A stretch of 64,000 nucleotides of DNA from NCBI GenBank assembly GCA_012295275.1, contig CM022672.1, positions 5,456,001-5,520,000 of the forward strand, in the 5' to 3' direction. Position 1 is the stretch's first letter. Each line of letters begins with the position of its first letter. Below, one piece after another: positions 26,780 to 41,356 of the stretch. Position numbers and translations under genes: made by a program. This DNA comes from Chrysomallon squamiferum (lineage: Eukaryota > Animalia > Mollusca). The notes under the pieces were generated by a model, which was not told where the DNA came from, searched no databases, and worked only from the letters and a program-made list of their open reading frames with translations.

Positions 26780-29700
26780 CAAACAAACAACTAAATAAAA
26801 TATAAATAAATAAATAAAAATGATTTTGCCAAGTTATATAATTTATTAATATATGTGACAGTTGCTAAAACAGTCTGAGAATATAACTAGAAATTAAAAA
26901 AATATTTTTAGGTGCTCAGATTATTGATTTGATGATGCTGGTGGTGGACATAGTGAAGGGAGTTCAGACACAAACTGCCGAGTGTCTTGTCATTGGTGAA
27001 ATTCTGTGTAACAAGATGATTGTTATATTAAACAAAGTTGATCTCATTCCACCAGACAAGAGACAAGCAACAGTAGACAAGGTATTTCCAAATGAATGAA
27101 TGAATAAATAATCATTTTAGAATGCCACAATTACATTTTTAAATTAATGGTTACTGAGTACCAGACTCAGCTTTTGTACTGCATGAGTTACTGTCAGAAT
27201 AGATAGATATTTTCCATTAATAATAAGACATCCTTTATGTAAATAAATACCTCCTAAAGTTATAATAGAAACATATTTGACAGATAATTGAAATAATTCA
27301 GTATGGCACACCTACAGATTTAATTCTGCAAGTTATTATATCATTATATTGATAATTCAGAAATATGCATATTCCAGCTTCACATTGGATAGCAAAAGTA
27401 AGGTTTCTGAAGCAAAGAACAACAATCATTAAATAACTGTTATAAAACTTTGTTTTTATTATTATTATTATTTTGTTATAATACCAGTAGAAAGATTAAA
27501 ATTTTAAATTAATCAGTAATCTAATATTCACCAGATGAAAAAACGAATGTTGAAAACATTAGAGAAAACACGTTTTGCTGACAGTCCCATTATTGCAGTG
27601 GCAGCCAAACCAGGTGGAGCAGAGGTGAGATTTTTTAATTAAGTACTTTCATAACATTTTTATTATTATTATTTTTTAATAATACCACTGATGCACACTG
27701 AGTTATTTCCTGTTTTGGTAATGGTCTTCTTTAAGAACTCTCTATTTTTTTCTGTTTGGCAGTGAGGAAATTTTTTATATTTGCATGAAGTCACAGAGTG
27801 GACAGTTTATCCCAAAGTCTTTGATTCTGTGGTTTTATATTATATTCTTATTTATTTTATTTTTTATTTTATTTTTTCTATAATTTCTTCTTTGCAGTTA
27901 ATTAATAATTAGAAAAGTGAGAAAAAAAAATTACATTTACTTTGATTGGAGAGTCATAAAATTATTTTGCTTTGACAAAAAGTTAAGATTTATGTATTCA
28001 TTTATTTTAATTTAATTTAATTTAATTTAATTTTTATTTCCTTTTTTTTTTACTTTATTATCCCATAAGCTCCAGAAGTTGAAAATAAAAATGTATTTCT
28101 TTAATTTTAAATGACAGTCTGATTCGGCAGCTGAGGGTGTCAGTGATTTGATTGAGTTGATCAAATCACAGACGTATTTACCAAACCGTGATCCATCTGG
28201 TCCATTTGTTTTTGCTGTTGATCACTGTTTTTCTATCCGAGGACAAGGAACTGTTATGACTGGGACTGTTCTCAGTGGTAGTGCAGCCATTAATGATGTG
28301 AGTTATTACTGTTTTGTTTCTATCTGCATACAGTGTACAGTGTAGTATATACATGCGTGTTTGTGTTTATTTACTTTCCTTCTCTATTTGTTATTTTTCA
28401 AAAATAAATGTAAGTTTGTTAAGATTACAGTCATTTAACATGTAACTGAGCAGACAGCAGTAATTTCAAGACAACAGATATTTCTTTGACATTATATTTT
28501 CTTTTATATAATAACTATTAGTATAAATAAATGTGTCTGGGTTTTTTTATGAAATTAAATGATAATATATAGATGATAAAATAGATGATAAAATAGATAC
28601 TTATTTAATAATGTCTCCGTTTATTTTGTCTGAACAGATATCAATTGTTACTAATCCATGTGCTGTTCTTGTTAACAATAACAAATCTGTAGTTTATTTC
28701 TTTCTGTGATAACTTGTTGTGAGGCACTGATGTGTAATCCATTAGTTAATTTTATTTACAAATTTCCATCTGTAACTAGTTTGTTTTCAGACCTTGTTAT
28801 ATAATTTATTTTTATTCCCAAAAGCTACCATATATGTCTTTTTTTCAGGTTTTAAAACTGAATATGTTTTTGTTTTTCAGAATTTGGAAATACCATCACT
28901 GAAAGTACAAAAGAAGGTTAAGTCTATTCAGATGTTTAAGAAGCCTGTAGAAAAAGTAATTCAGGTAAAAAAAATAAAAAAATTAAACAATATATTTTAA
29001 TTTTACTAATGGCTGTGTGAAAACTATGAAGAATTTATTATTTGATCTGTCATTAAAAAATATTAATGGTGATAAGAACTAAATATTCCAATATCCCCAT
29101 AACAAGTCATCAGTGCATTTTTAATTAATTATGTCACATCTGCTAGAAAAGGAGAAAATATCTGAAAATAAATGAACTGTAAATACAAAGAAAAAGATTA
29201 AAAATTTTCTTTATTAGTTCTCAGTTCTGAGTAAAGTATTGTTTAGATCTTATTAAGTGATATTTGGCTTGCTATCTAACTATACACATTTGTGTATTTA
29301 AGTGCATGAGTATCTGTTGTCTCTATATTTTCCAATACTTGTTTATCCACAAAAGCCATATAAGTTGTAATAAACAGACGATCAGAAAAAAAGAAAAAAG
29401 TAATTTAAAAAATAATATTGATTTATATTGTATTATATTCATATTTATAATGCTGTTTAGAAGTTGTTTTATTTTTATTTTTTTGCATTATTTAAACTTA
29501 ATAGACAAAATAGGTATCCATGTAATTATATTTCTTTTTTTCTATTTTTTAAAATTAAATTATTTTTTTTAATCATTCTATGGTGACTTTTTCATGAAAT
29601 ATTATTTTCCCCCAGGGAGACCGAGCAGGTATTTGTGTCACTCAGTTTGATCCGAAGCAACTAGAACGAGGTTATGCTTGTACTCCTGGTGTCCTTCCCA

Positions 29701-31200
29701 CTGTTTTTGGTGCTGTTATCAACATTCATAAAATTCCCTATTTCAAGGGTGCTCTTACATCAAAGTCAAAATTTCACATTTCACTAGGACATGAGACAGT
29801 TATGGGTCATCTGTCTTTCTTTGGACTGATGCCAGATCAACAAATAAATGATAAAAGTTCCTCATTTGATTTTAATTTGGAGTACAAACACCAGAATGAA
29901 TACATTATGGCAGCAAGTGGAGAGGGAGAAGGAGGGGAGATAACTCCAGTGAAACAGTATGCTCTGATAGAACTAGAGAAGCCAGTCATATGTTCTGCCA
30001 CCTCGTTGCTGATTGGTTCAAGGCTTGACACTGACATCAACACAAACACTTGTAGACTGGCCTTTTATGGGCGTTTATTGGAAATATTCACAGATCCAGC
30101 ATTCAAAACACAAGAGCTACCAAAACTGAAGGTATACAAGCTCAAATCCCGGGAGGGCCTTGTTGACAGAGTGATGGATGAGTACACAGTTATTGGTAAA
30201 AATCTGTTTAAAAAGGAAACAAATATTGATGCTTTCAGTGGGATGAAGATTGAGTTGTCTTCAGGAGAAAAAGGAATCATAGAAGGAACATTTGGTCAGA
30301 GTGGGAAAATAAAGATTCGAATTGCTAGTGAGTAAAATCTTTAGGTATAAATAGAAATAAAAGGCAAGAATGCTAGAAGTGGTTTGTGTCAGATTTACAT
30401 AGGTTAGATACTGAGCTGAGGGTCAGCATATTTATTCATGGCTTGATCACACTGAAAATAACAGTTAAAATTCAAATTTAAGAATCTGATATCATATGAA
30501 AAATTCAAGTATAAAAATGATAATGTGTTAAAATACCAATAATAAATTGGAAAATATATTATTCATTGCATGCTCTTCCATGCTTATCCTTCATAAACCC
30601 ATATTTTGTATTTTAAATAGCTTTGTAAATATTAGCCAATTTAGAAAGAATATACAAATAATAAAGCTTAATCAGTTAATGTGGAAAAAGTTGAGCAAAA
30701 AACCAGGTGGTTTGCATCAGCATGCTATCATGTTAAACTGGAAGTAAATAGCCTTACTGAAATGTTTGTGAATGTATTATTACTATTAAAAATAGTCACC
30801 TTCTGTAAAGTGAAAACCAGTATGATTTTTAAAATTTTGATATGCAGACCTTGAAGGTGTTTTATTTTTTCAATAAGGATGAAATTATAATTTTGTTCAT
30901 ATTTTCTAATTTAAATTTTTTATTTATTTATTTATTTTTATTTTTATTTTTATTTTTATTTTTATTTTTATTTTTTTTTTATTTTTTTTTTTTTTTTTTT
31001 TTTTATTATTTTTTTTTTCTCCAGGTGGCTTGAGTCAGACAACCATAGAAAGGTATGCAGGAATGAAGAAGAAAAAAGGAAAAGGTAAACAGACAGAAGG
31101 GGAGGAAACTCATGAAGAAAGCCATATGGAACCTGTGCGAATTATCCTGACTTTCAAACGATATATTTATGACCCTCAGAAAAAGATGAAGCAGACATAA
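26113..31200 (+). CDS. EEFSEC: Selenocysteine-specific elongation factor (eEFSec/SelB), ~575 aa from ATG 26113 (alternative start 26152). Exons 26113-26428, 26912-27081, 27535-27624, 28118-28297, 28881-28964, 29616-30327, 31025-31200
   Basis: G1 GHVDSGKTS, FDKNPQSKERGITLDLGFS, G3 DCPGH, IGGAQIIDLM, G4 NKVD, AVDHCFSIRGQGTVMTGT, GSRLDTDINTNTCRLAFYG, GTFGQSGK and C-terminal FKRYIYD. GT-AG introns; 1728 nt in frame. Confidence 0.97.
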
Positions 31201-33312
31201 AAATTATGAATGTTGTTTCTGTTTGTTTGCTCAAGTGAAAGCCATATATATCTTAATATTTTACTGAAGCAGATGTGATAAATTTTAACATAATCACTCT
31301 AACATGCTGTATATTTTGTACTTCTTATTTTTTTAAGTCATGAGCTACATATCTTAAATTATTGTTAATCATATTAATAATTTAACCCAGGTTCTTATGG
31401 GATATCACTTATTTAAATTTACGGAATAATGACAGTGACTTTTACACTGATTCATTCCAAATAGTGAAGTTTGTTGTTGTTCTATCATATTATGTATTGT
31501 TATCGTTGTGTGTAGGTGTGTGGGTGTTATGCATGAATGCATGTATACAGTGTCCAGATTAGATATAATTTTGTATGTGTGCTTGCACAGAAACAACAGA
31601 AATGGTTTACAACATAAGAGATATAAATTATCATACTAGATTTTAAATAAAAACTGGAAATTGCTCTCACATTTGTGTTGTATTTATCATTTGTATTTTT
31701 GAAAAACAGAAATATTAAATATATATGTAATCATTATGATTACCTAGATATTTTATTATTTATTTATTTATTTATTTATTTATAAAAACTTTTACCATTT
31801 CTTACTTGCTCATTTACACACTATAATATATACATAAAACTAATACACACATATAATTTTATATGTACAAGAAATGACAAAAAAAAGGATTTTGCAGCTT
31901 TGTCAATGATTTATTTTATAAATTAGTACAATATACAGACAAGCATTTACATTGCATAAATACATACACTGTAACTTAATATTTATGTATAACTTAAAAT
32001 ACAATACCTTTAATTGCAGTATGATGCATATGAATTATTTAAAAATAAAATTAATTTTTCTTCCATGTAGTATGAAAACGATTAAAAAATGAGAAATGAA
32101 AGATTTATTTTACACACTGGATACTAATGAATAACATTTTCAGAATTTACTAATGATTTTTTTAAAAATAAATCCAAATATAGTAGATGTATAATTGTTA
32201 GAAAAGAAAAGAAAAAAGGTTTTGTATGGTTTTTTTTTTTTTCATCACGACACAAACCTTTAAATATGGACTAAATAACAATATACATTTTAAAATATAA
32301 AAACATCCAGCTAAAGATATCATCTCCACTTATTTTTATTTATTTGCTGAATCACAAAAACTATTTCATAACCAAAAACAGAAATCAAATTCAACTTGTT
32401 TTGCATTATTTAGTTTTTACTAGAACTATAATATATATAAGACAAAGAAATAAAATGATATTAAAATAATAAAGTGTTTGCTTCTGAATGCATGAAAAAA
32501 CACACTGTGAATATTTCATTTAAAAAGGCAAGAAATAATGTTTGCAACTTGACAAAAGAAAAAACCTACAATTATCATAATCCTATTTCTTTCCATCACA
32601 GTCAATCAAATTTAGAAAAAGAAAATAACTTGTATATAGGTATAATAAGTTAAGTAAAACACAAGGTAAAATCTTTTTATACCCAATTTATTTTGATATA
32701 TATTTTCTGTCTTCAAGTGGATATATAATTTTATAAATATTTAAAGATAATAATAATAATAATAATAATATTAATAAACTGAATTATTTGAAAAAAATTC
32801 TGACACTGACAAAAACATTTTCAATATTTCTTAATCAAAAGTTAAGTTTTAACATTATAAATGATAAAACATCATACATTACCAACAACATATATTTAAA
32901 ATAACAACTTGCAATATTGATGAATGTATTATTAATAATATTAAAACAAACAAGTCTACAAAATCTATCACATGTTGAAGTTATCATTATTAAAAATACC
33001 CAAGGTTTAGAAAGTCCAAGCCAATTGTATAAACAAAGGTTTAAAAAAATTGTTGAAAAACATTTGCATGAAACATTCATGCATACTTACGGTACAAACC
33101 TACTGTATAAGGAAAACTGTTGATTAAAAATGAGACTAAAATGTAATTTAAAAAAATAAATAAATTAATTAACAATTACCCCCAGTATAAACTTTACAAA
33201 AGAAAAAGAAGAAAAAATGTTTTATAAGCACACAAGTGTAAAATTATTGACCAGTGCATTTTAATAAATACAAGAAGAGGCTGAAAGTAATAAAAAAAAA
33301 AAAAAAAAAAAA

Positions 33313-33387
33313 AAATTATTTTCAAATATTTTATTATTAAGGAATAACAATAAATTATTTTCAAATATTTTATTATTAAGGAATAAC
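33313..33387. repeat. Perfect 36-bp direct duplication (period 39) after a poly(A) run
   Basis: AAATTATTTTCAAATATTTTATTATTAAGGAATAAC at 33313 and 33352. Confidence 0.85.
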
Positions 33388-35385
33388 TGGATTTAAAAAA
33401 TCATTGATATCTGCAAAAATTTGAATATTTAAAAAAAAAAAAAAAAATTTAAAATAATATATTTAAAAGAGCAAACAACTACAATAACATTAATGTCATA
33501 ATTTCTAAATATTTGGTGCCTGAAATATAAATTTAAAATTATATATATAAAGATACCACCAAGAAGAAAAACATATTAAGAAGAGAAAAACATATTAAGA
33601 AGAGAAAAAATATTTGATTTCAAGACTAAACTGAATAATAAATATTTAATTATAAATCTGTGCTATCAAGTATCACAATATCCCATTCTGTACTCATAAG
33701 ATTTCAGTGAATCCTTAAGGATCATCACCTTCATTATTAAAGTGCACTTGCGATGGTTTCAGTACATTACTATTCTCTGAATATTTTATTCTCCATCATG
33801 GGGTGTTTTTCTTTTTAAAATGCTCTTATGATGTCAGCAAGACCTAATTTCCTAATGAATTTTTCAAAATAATTGTTTTTCTAATAACAATTAATTGTTT
33901 TCTCATCTATATTCATTATCAATAAAGAAATCATTGGCTTGAGTATATAATTTCCTTTAACATACACTGTCACTGGTATTAGGTGATCTAGTAAGTACAT
34001 GAGAAATAAGTAAATAACTTTCTACATAGTTTTTTTTACTGCTATCTATCATGCTTTATATCATCAGCAAAGATTTAGCTTTAAAAAAAAAAACATGTAA
34101 TAATAATTAGTTGAAAATAGAGAAATTGCTTTTTTTTAGACTGTTTGGCTGCACCAGTACAGTAGTAATTTTTAAATAACCAAAATGTATTTAGACTTTT
34201 TATTCATAACTCTGTGGGATCAGCTATGGATCCTTTTGAATCATGATTTAATGTGCTTCAGATCACTTATCATAATCTCATTTTAGGAGATACTGTACAA
34301 ATATACAATTCTCTGCAGAGAATTATTATTAAGATAAATTCACCGTAAAATAATCACAAAACTGAGTCTGTCATTACCTGTTTTGAATTCAGCTCTGCTG
34401 AATTTTGCGGATGTTGTAATGGTTACTTCAGAATAAGGACGAATATATCCTATAATTTTATTTGTGTGTAGTACTTGACAATTTTTCATTTATCTTAAAA
34501 TTTGTGACAAGGAATTATACTTTTTACAACAGAGGGCAAATATTTATCATTTTGAATAAACACTCCAGCACTTTAGGCCAGTCATGTAGAAATATCCATG
34601 CCAAAAACATGATGATTTACAATGAATAATAAATCACATTCCATACAAGACTTATGCAATGGCATTTCTGAATTCAACAGCTGTAAAATCCATTCCTTGT
34701 TGAAGTTGTCATCTGCAGTCCATTCATGATTTGCATCACTCAATATTTTCAGTGTCCTGGCAAGGATGTGCTGAGTATTTGTAATGTCGAGACAATAAGC
34801 TTTGCTAAAATATATCACTGTAAACATCCACTCAATAATTTACTGACTCCGTTTTCTTATAACAAATTAATAAATACTGAATGGATGATTATATTGTGTT
34901 GGTGTGTAAGTTATGCTGAAATTTCAAATCCAAGCTTTGCTGAATCCTCTTTCCAACACATTTTGTATCTCCATTTAAAATCATGAAAACCAGACTACCC
35001 CCATAATCTATCCACTTTTTCACTGTGATTAGATCATGATTCCTTATTTTAATTTTCACCACAGGAAACAATATGGAGTTAAATGAATCCAATAACTAGA
35101 TTGCCAACATATACACACATTTGTAATTATATATCACTGCTCATTTCATTTCATTTCATGAAATGAAAATCTCTTTGGCATTTATATAACAGTTCTGTCT
35201 TCAAGAATTCATATTTCATGATTAAGTCATAAAAATATTTGGTCCTTGATGCAAGCACTTCAGTTAATGAAACTGATGTTTAATGGAATGATTACTTTAT
35301 AGTTGTTGTTTTTTCTCTCACAAATTCATGATAATGATGCAAGTTTTTGCTGGTAAGTTAATGAATACTATAAAATGATGTCTGT

Positions 35386-38300
35386 TCAGAGAATAAAGAA
35401 TAAAACAATTACTATTATTAATATTGATATTAAAATAATTATTGCACACCACTGTCGTCGATCTAAAAAATAAAAAATTAAAATAAAATTATTAAATTTT
35501 ATTTGGAAATTTATGTCTTAAATTAGTTTTCATTGCAATTTCTTTTTAAAAGGTGAAATATTTTACTTTATTACGGTGGTAGGTAGTTTTTTTTTAATGT
35601 TTTAACTAATTACTAAATTAAAACAATGTTTATTAAGATAAAATAATTTTGTTAAATTATTATATGCATTTATATTTAATAAGAAATAAAAACTCTGATT
35701 CTAAAGTACAGAAAAAAATAAATGGATTGAGTTTCAGAATATGCAGAATAACGGTGAATTTTACAGATTGTGGAGAATTCATTACACAGTAGAATGGATT
35801 GACACTCTCATGAAATTATTCCAGTAACATTCTTGTTAACATAATCAACAATTTGACAGTCATGTATGTTCAAAAGTTGAACTTCTTCACCTTTATTTAC
35901 CCATTTTCCTTTGTGACACTTACTTCACATGGCAAGTATGAAATTGCTGCCCTTTCAAAAATATAACCAAGTGGAAACACAAAAAAACTTTAAAAAACCA
36001 TACTAAGGTGTATGCCATGCTAGAAATAATTACCTGTATCAGGAAATGTACAAAAGTAAACTAACATATTATAAAACTTTTACATGACTTACCATTTGAC
36101 ATATGTAAAACTTTGGCCATTTTTTTCATTGTTGAGTCCATTCTAGAATCTGTGGTGTCAATTTCATGGTGAAATTCATCAAGCATCCTGTTGAAATATT
36201 GTTAGAGATTTTAATGATGATCAAGCAGATAAACATTTTATTACATATTACTGACAATAATCATCTACATCAGAAGACTTGATTTGTTAGGATAAACAAA
36301 TATTTAACTGCATTTAAAAATTATTTTAAACTTTATAGACACTAAGTATACAAATAATAATAATAATATTATTATTATATATATATTATTATTATTATTA
36401 TAAAGAAAACCCTGTTCAACATTGAAAACTGATAAAGAATTCTTAAATATTTTTGTTACAATTTGAAATAATGTTAAACTTTACAGACATTAAGTATAAA
36501 ACATATCGTGCAGTAATAATAATAATATTATTAATATTATAACGAAATCCCAGTTGAACACTAAAAACTGGTAAAACGTTTTAAATTTATTTGTTTTGTT
36601 AGACTGTGAATTAATGTGAATTAAAAATACAGACACATTTTGTTCTTCGAGTTCATTGCCAATTTGCTGACTCATGTTTTTCAACACCCCTACACTTGAG
36701 GTGATCTGATCCAGTGTGTCATCTTGAGAATGTATCACAAGCTTAAAATCAGAAAAACAGTGTTAAATGCAAGACAATCAATTATTAATCTAAAAACTTA
36801 ATATATATATATTTTTTAATTATGACATCATTTTAGGATAAGTAATTCCTTATTCATACAGGACTGCACAAAAGACCACTTGAGTGAAACAACTGTTGCT
36901 TCTGACAATTGTATTTATCTGTTTGTTTATCATTCTGCTATTCTACATGTTTCTTTCTAATTTCTATGTTCTGACAACATTACCTTTTATTTTTTTTATA
37001 GGATATGCAGTTAACTGCTTCAGAATTTGAAGGACACATTTTTGTCTGAATAAATAATTAGAATGCATTTTTGTATAAAGGTACTAAAAAACTTTCCCCA
37101 GTTGTTACAAGGTTTTGGATATCTGAAAAAAACACACAAGCAAATTTGGCATTTAGTTCCAACACTTATGACAAGCCAGCAACAAAAATGAATGTACCCT
37201 TCTCAACCTGTGATATATTCAAATGGTTCACCAGTATATTTGTGAACTACAAAAATTTACAAAACTCTGTAACCTGTGGTTTAACTGTTACCCCTGCTAT
37301 TACTATCTATGTGTCTATCATTTATCTACTAAACAATGCTGTTACCTACCTGTTGCTGTTGGTGGGTGTCATCTATAAATCTCTGGTTCGATCTGTCCAT
37401 CTCATTGTCCAGGCGGGTGTATCGGTCTTGTGCGTATTTTGGTCCATTTGATGACAGAAGAGACTGCAACAAAAAAAAACAACTAAAAATGTTTAATTTT
37501 AATAAAGATTGTATCATGTGTTGTTAACTACCAAATAACATTTATAAATAACTCTGATGTTGAAATCATAATAATAAAATAAAAGGTAATATATAAAAGT
37601 GTTAAGATGCCTTTTCATTATTTATAACATTAATAACACCATGATGCATGAATCAAATAAAACAATTATTTTTCAGTATCTGAAATGTATTTAGATAGGT
37701 GTAATCATCAATATATCAGAAAACTGAAAATATTTAGCTATTTACTTGCTTCACAGTGTAACATGAAAACAGTAAAAATAGAACCTGTAAGATAAATTAT
37801 GGTAATTAATTCCTATTTCAACAACAAAGTTTTAAAATCTCTAATAATTAAAACAAATTAATAAATATTCTGAACACAATTCACATTAAAATTTTAAAGA
37901 GTTATGTTTTCACCTGACGTGCATCTCCTGATTCACGAGGTTTAGAATTGGGACTTGACAGCTGATCTTTCATTTCCTGACAAAAAATCAAAATAACTTA
38001 ATAAGAGCAAATTTAAAACCAGTACAAATGATCAAAGAATTGTTTCTCAATCTATAGCATTTGTTTTCCAAAATGCATGAAGCAAATATTGCTATCTATT
38101 TCATAAAATGAATTTCAAGTGTTTTATTTTCTATTTTGTAATATTATTATTAATATTATATACATTTTTAATTATTATCGTTATTATTTATTAAAAAGAA
38201 AAACTCACCCGAACTTTTGATTTGGTTCTGTCTATAAATCCTCTTCTTTCCTGTACAGCAAACTCATCAATTTTAAACTTTCGAGGGTTTTTCTCAACAA

Positions 38301-40206
38301 TACTTAGAAAATGTTAAGGACATATAATAATAATTTTTTTAAATCAGCCAATGTTACTACAACAAACTTTAAAATTCAAGGGAACTTTTAAGTCTACCTT
38401 CTATATCAATCTAAATATTACCAATCAGAAAATATAATGAGGAATTTCCTAAGAGAAACTTCATAGTATAGTGCTTAGGCTATCAGTATAGATAAATGTA
38501 GGTACTGCAACTGCACAGAGCAAAACAAAAAATAAATTAATTAAAAAAATAAAAATAAAAAATAAAAAATTACTATTTTGTCTCTTCTATATAACAAAAA
38601 AGAAATAAAAATTAAAAAAAAAAAGATAAAAAACAGCTGAGGGTTAAAATGTGTGTAGTAATAAAACATGCTAATCTTTACAGGGACTCTTTCTGTCACT
38701 CTAATCCTTTCAATGCTCCCAGTGGTTTTATACTAACATGGTTTTTAATCACAGTTAAATATACAGTTAGATAAAATAAAAATCTAATATTCGTTTTGTT
38801 TTTCCCACAAAAATATTTTCAGGAGGTTAACTTTGTTTCTCTTAACTGATCTGAATTCATTAATAAACTGGAGAAATCAAGGATATTGACTGTTTCTTCG
38901 AGGTCCTCTAAATCCCATTCAATGCTGCGCAAACTGTTTCGAAGCTCATTGGTAGTCCAGTCAAGTTCCTCGTGAGAAACAAGATTTGGAGCTGACTGGA
39001 GTTCCTTCCAGCGATTGTACAAACCATGAGCACTTGACATAGCCCTCTCAACTTCACTGAAACAGATAATTATAAAAAAAAAATAAGAGTTAAAATTTTA
39101 AAACAGCACTGGTACTAATATTTACTAAACATTAACACCTCATTTAAACATGAGCTTAAAATTACTACTATTGTTATATCAAAACATTCACTGTTAAATA
39201 TAAATAGTTTTTTGAATCAGTATTCATATATCAGAAATGGCCATTATTTTTTTGATAAATAGGTGGGAAAAACCAGCAAACAATTATATAGATACAAGTG
39301 TGACTTTTTAAAAAAAAATTTTAGATTATTATGATTTACAGAGAATATTAGTTTTCAATTTAAGTGATTTATATCTGTACCATTCCGAGTAAGTGACTGT
39401 ATGCATTTTTAAAAATATATATAAATAAACAAAAATAATAAAATATTGTCATATCTCAATGAATTAATGAAAGCATATGTGGGATTATAAACAAAAATGA
39501 CAAAATAATGCAAGTTTATGACCTAATAACATTAAGTCAATGATTTTCCTAGTATAGTCATACTTTTATTTCTTTAAATGTTATTTATCAAAATATCACT
39601 ACTTCAGGTAACAATTACTTGTTTGAAACAGTTCAAATTATTATAAATTGTTGCCGTTAATGCCAACAATATAAATGTATTTTTCTGCTGCTATCACATA
39701 TTTTAATTAATGCACAAAATTTTATAATCCATATGACGATATGTATTCCACTTGTCTTCTTCGTATTTTAGTCTAAAATGGCAATTTCTGAAACTGAATA
39801 TCTGGTGACTGATATAAGAATCACAGACTAATTATATTTTCTCAGTATTCTGCTAAAGTATCTGGTTATGGTCTTCATTATAATTATTATGGAAATGTAA
39901 AAACATTCAAAATAATAACTCCACTTCATTAATTCGATATGGCATACTGTACTTTATTATTAAAGTATGGAATAGCTCTATATATTGTATTAAAAAATAA
40001 GCGAATAATGTTAAATGAAAAAAAATGTTAACAGATGTATAAATATGATAAATCGTGTACTTAATGAAAAAAGTTAATCGAAAAAAGGCGTTCAACGAAA
40101 ATAGTTATTATAGCAGCGTGCATTGACGTTTCAAACAAATAAACATATAGAAGATTAATTTTAAAACTGACTCTTTGACGACAAAAAATGGATCTTCTAA
40201 AGACAT
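35386..40206 (-). CDS. STX6: Syntaxin-6 (Qc-SNARE), 251 aa. Exons 40206-40172, 39056-38887, 38303-38209, 37976-37914, 37463-37350, 36741-36635, 36187-36093, 35462-35386
   Basis: [52 protein letters not shown], SNARE motif [36 protein letters not shown], and C-terminal TM anchor DRRQWCAIIILISILIIVIVLFFIL-stop. 756 nt in frame, provided intron 2 is read as AT...AA. Confidence 0.96.
38304..38886 (-). other. U12-type (minor spliceosome) intron 2 of STX6 with AT-AA termini, 583 nt
   Basis: 5' splice site ATATCCTT (38886-38879); branch site TCCTTAAC (38320-38313); 3' end ...ATTTTCTAA|GT ATT GTT GAG; phase 1. Confidence 0.88.
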
Positions 40207-40925
40207 CCTGCTCAAGACATGGAATCACACGTTCGAATTTAACAAAGGCAGCCTATATCAGCAATAAACTCGCCAAAGATCGAAAATGGCGAGTCCAAGT
40301 ATGACGTCGAAAGGGTTTTCCCAGTTGACAGCAAAATACCGACCGAACTACTGAATAAATATCACCGTATCAAAAAAGCGGACTTACCGTATATATATAT
40401 TAACCGCTTGTTGGTGTTATTATGTGGATGTTTTCAGAGTGTTTGTTTGTTACTTTTATCAAAATGTTTTCTTAATTTCGGAATGAGACACACACAGATC
40501 ATGATTATTTATTATACTATTGTTATTGTGTTTTCTTAATTATTATTTAATTTATCTATTATTTGTATCTTTTTTAACTGATATACATTAAACTACATCA
40601 GTCTGAATTTAAATAAACTATCTTTCTTTCTTTTTTGATTTTTCTTTTATGATTATTATTATTATTTTAGTATAAATTATTCCAGTTAAGTTAATATATT
40701 TATAATTTTCGGTCAATTGTCGCCTGATTTGCACCCATATGATATGAGTAGTTAATTAAGATAATCTTTTATTTTCCTCCTTTTCAAATTTTAAGTAGTT
40801 AGTAAATCGACCTTATCTAAAAATATCTGATTTAGAAATAACATATGAGTTTTAATGCCTTAATCTAAATATATTTATATCAATTTTATTTATTTATTTA
40901 CTATTTGTTCTGCATGTTCGAACAC

Positions 40926-40993
<68 letters not shown>

Positions 40994-41025
40994 ACTGTTT
41001 TTTTTTCTTCTTATTATTATTATTA

Positions 41026-41067
<42 letters not shown>

Positions 41068-41356
41068 CAGCTAGAAGATAACTATGTAAAATGTAATTAT
41101 TATATGCTTATGATTTTATGATGAATAAGTGCTCGAGAAGAGCTACGCAGAAGCTCACATATCTCATCTGTACTGGTTCGGTTTTTGTATTCTAATACGT
41201 TTTCGTTTTTCTTATCTCCCGCGCATGGGCAGACTTCACCCAAGCCAAACAGGAAAGTTTTTGCAAAGTTCGGAACCTTGCTAAAGAGTCGCGTCGAGCC
41301 GTGGATTATTTTCACGTTGTTCATTGTGTTTCAGTCATTCATAGTGGATAGTTACA
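40207..41356. promoter_or_regulatory. Divergent STX6/PHPT1 promoter region (1.15 kb between start codons)
   Basis: Head-to-head genes. Two CpG-rich patches flank an AT-rich/(GA)n spacer. YY1-like AAAATGGCG 40283-40291, CRE-like TGACGTCG 40302-40309, NRF1-like GCGCATGGGC 41221-41230. Confidence 0.6.
40928..40989. repeat. (GA)n microsatellite in the STX6/PHPT1 divergent promoter
   Basis: Pure dinucleotide run. Confidence 0.95.

Noticed and set aside
31199-31287. SECIS-like fold just after the EEFSEC stop (ATGAA 31206-10, TGAT 31276-79, GU-rich helix)
   Set aside because: No AAR 11-13 nt above the core, a ~40-nt apical loop, almost no internal loop, many G-U pairs, and the gene ends in TAA with no in-frame TGA. 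SECISearch3 would be the decisive test.
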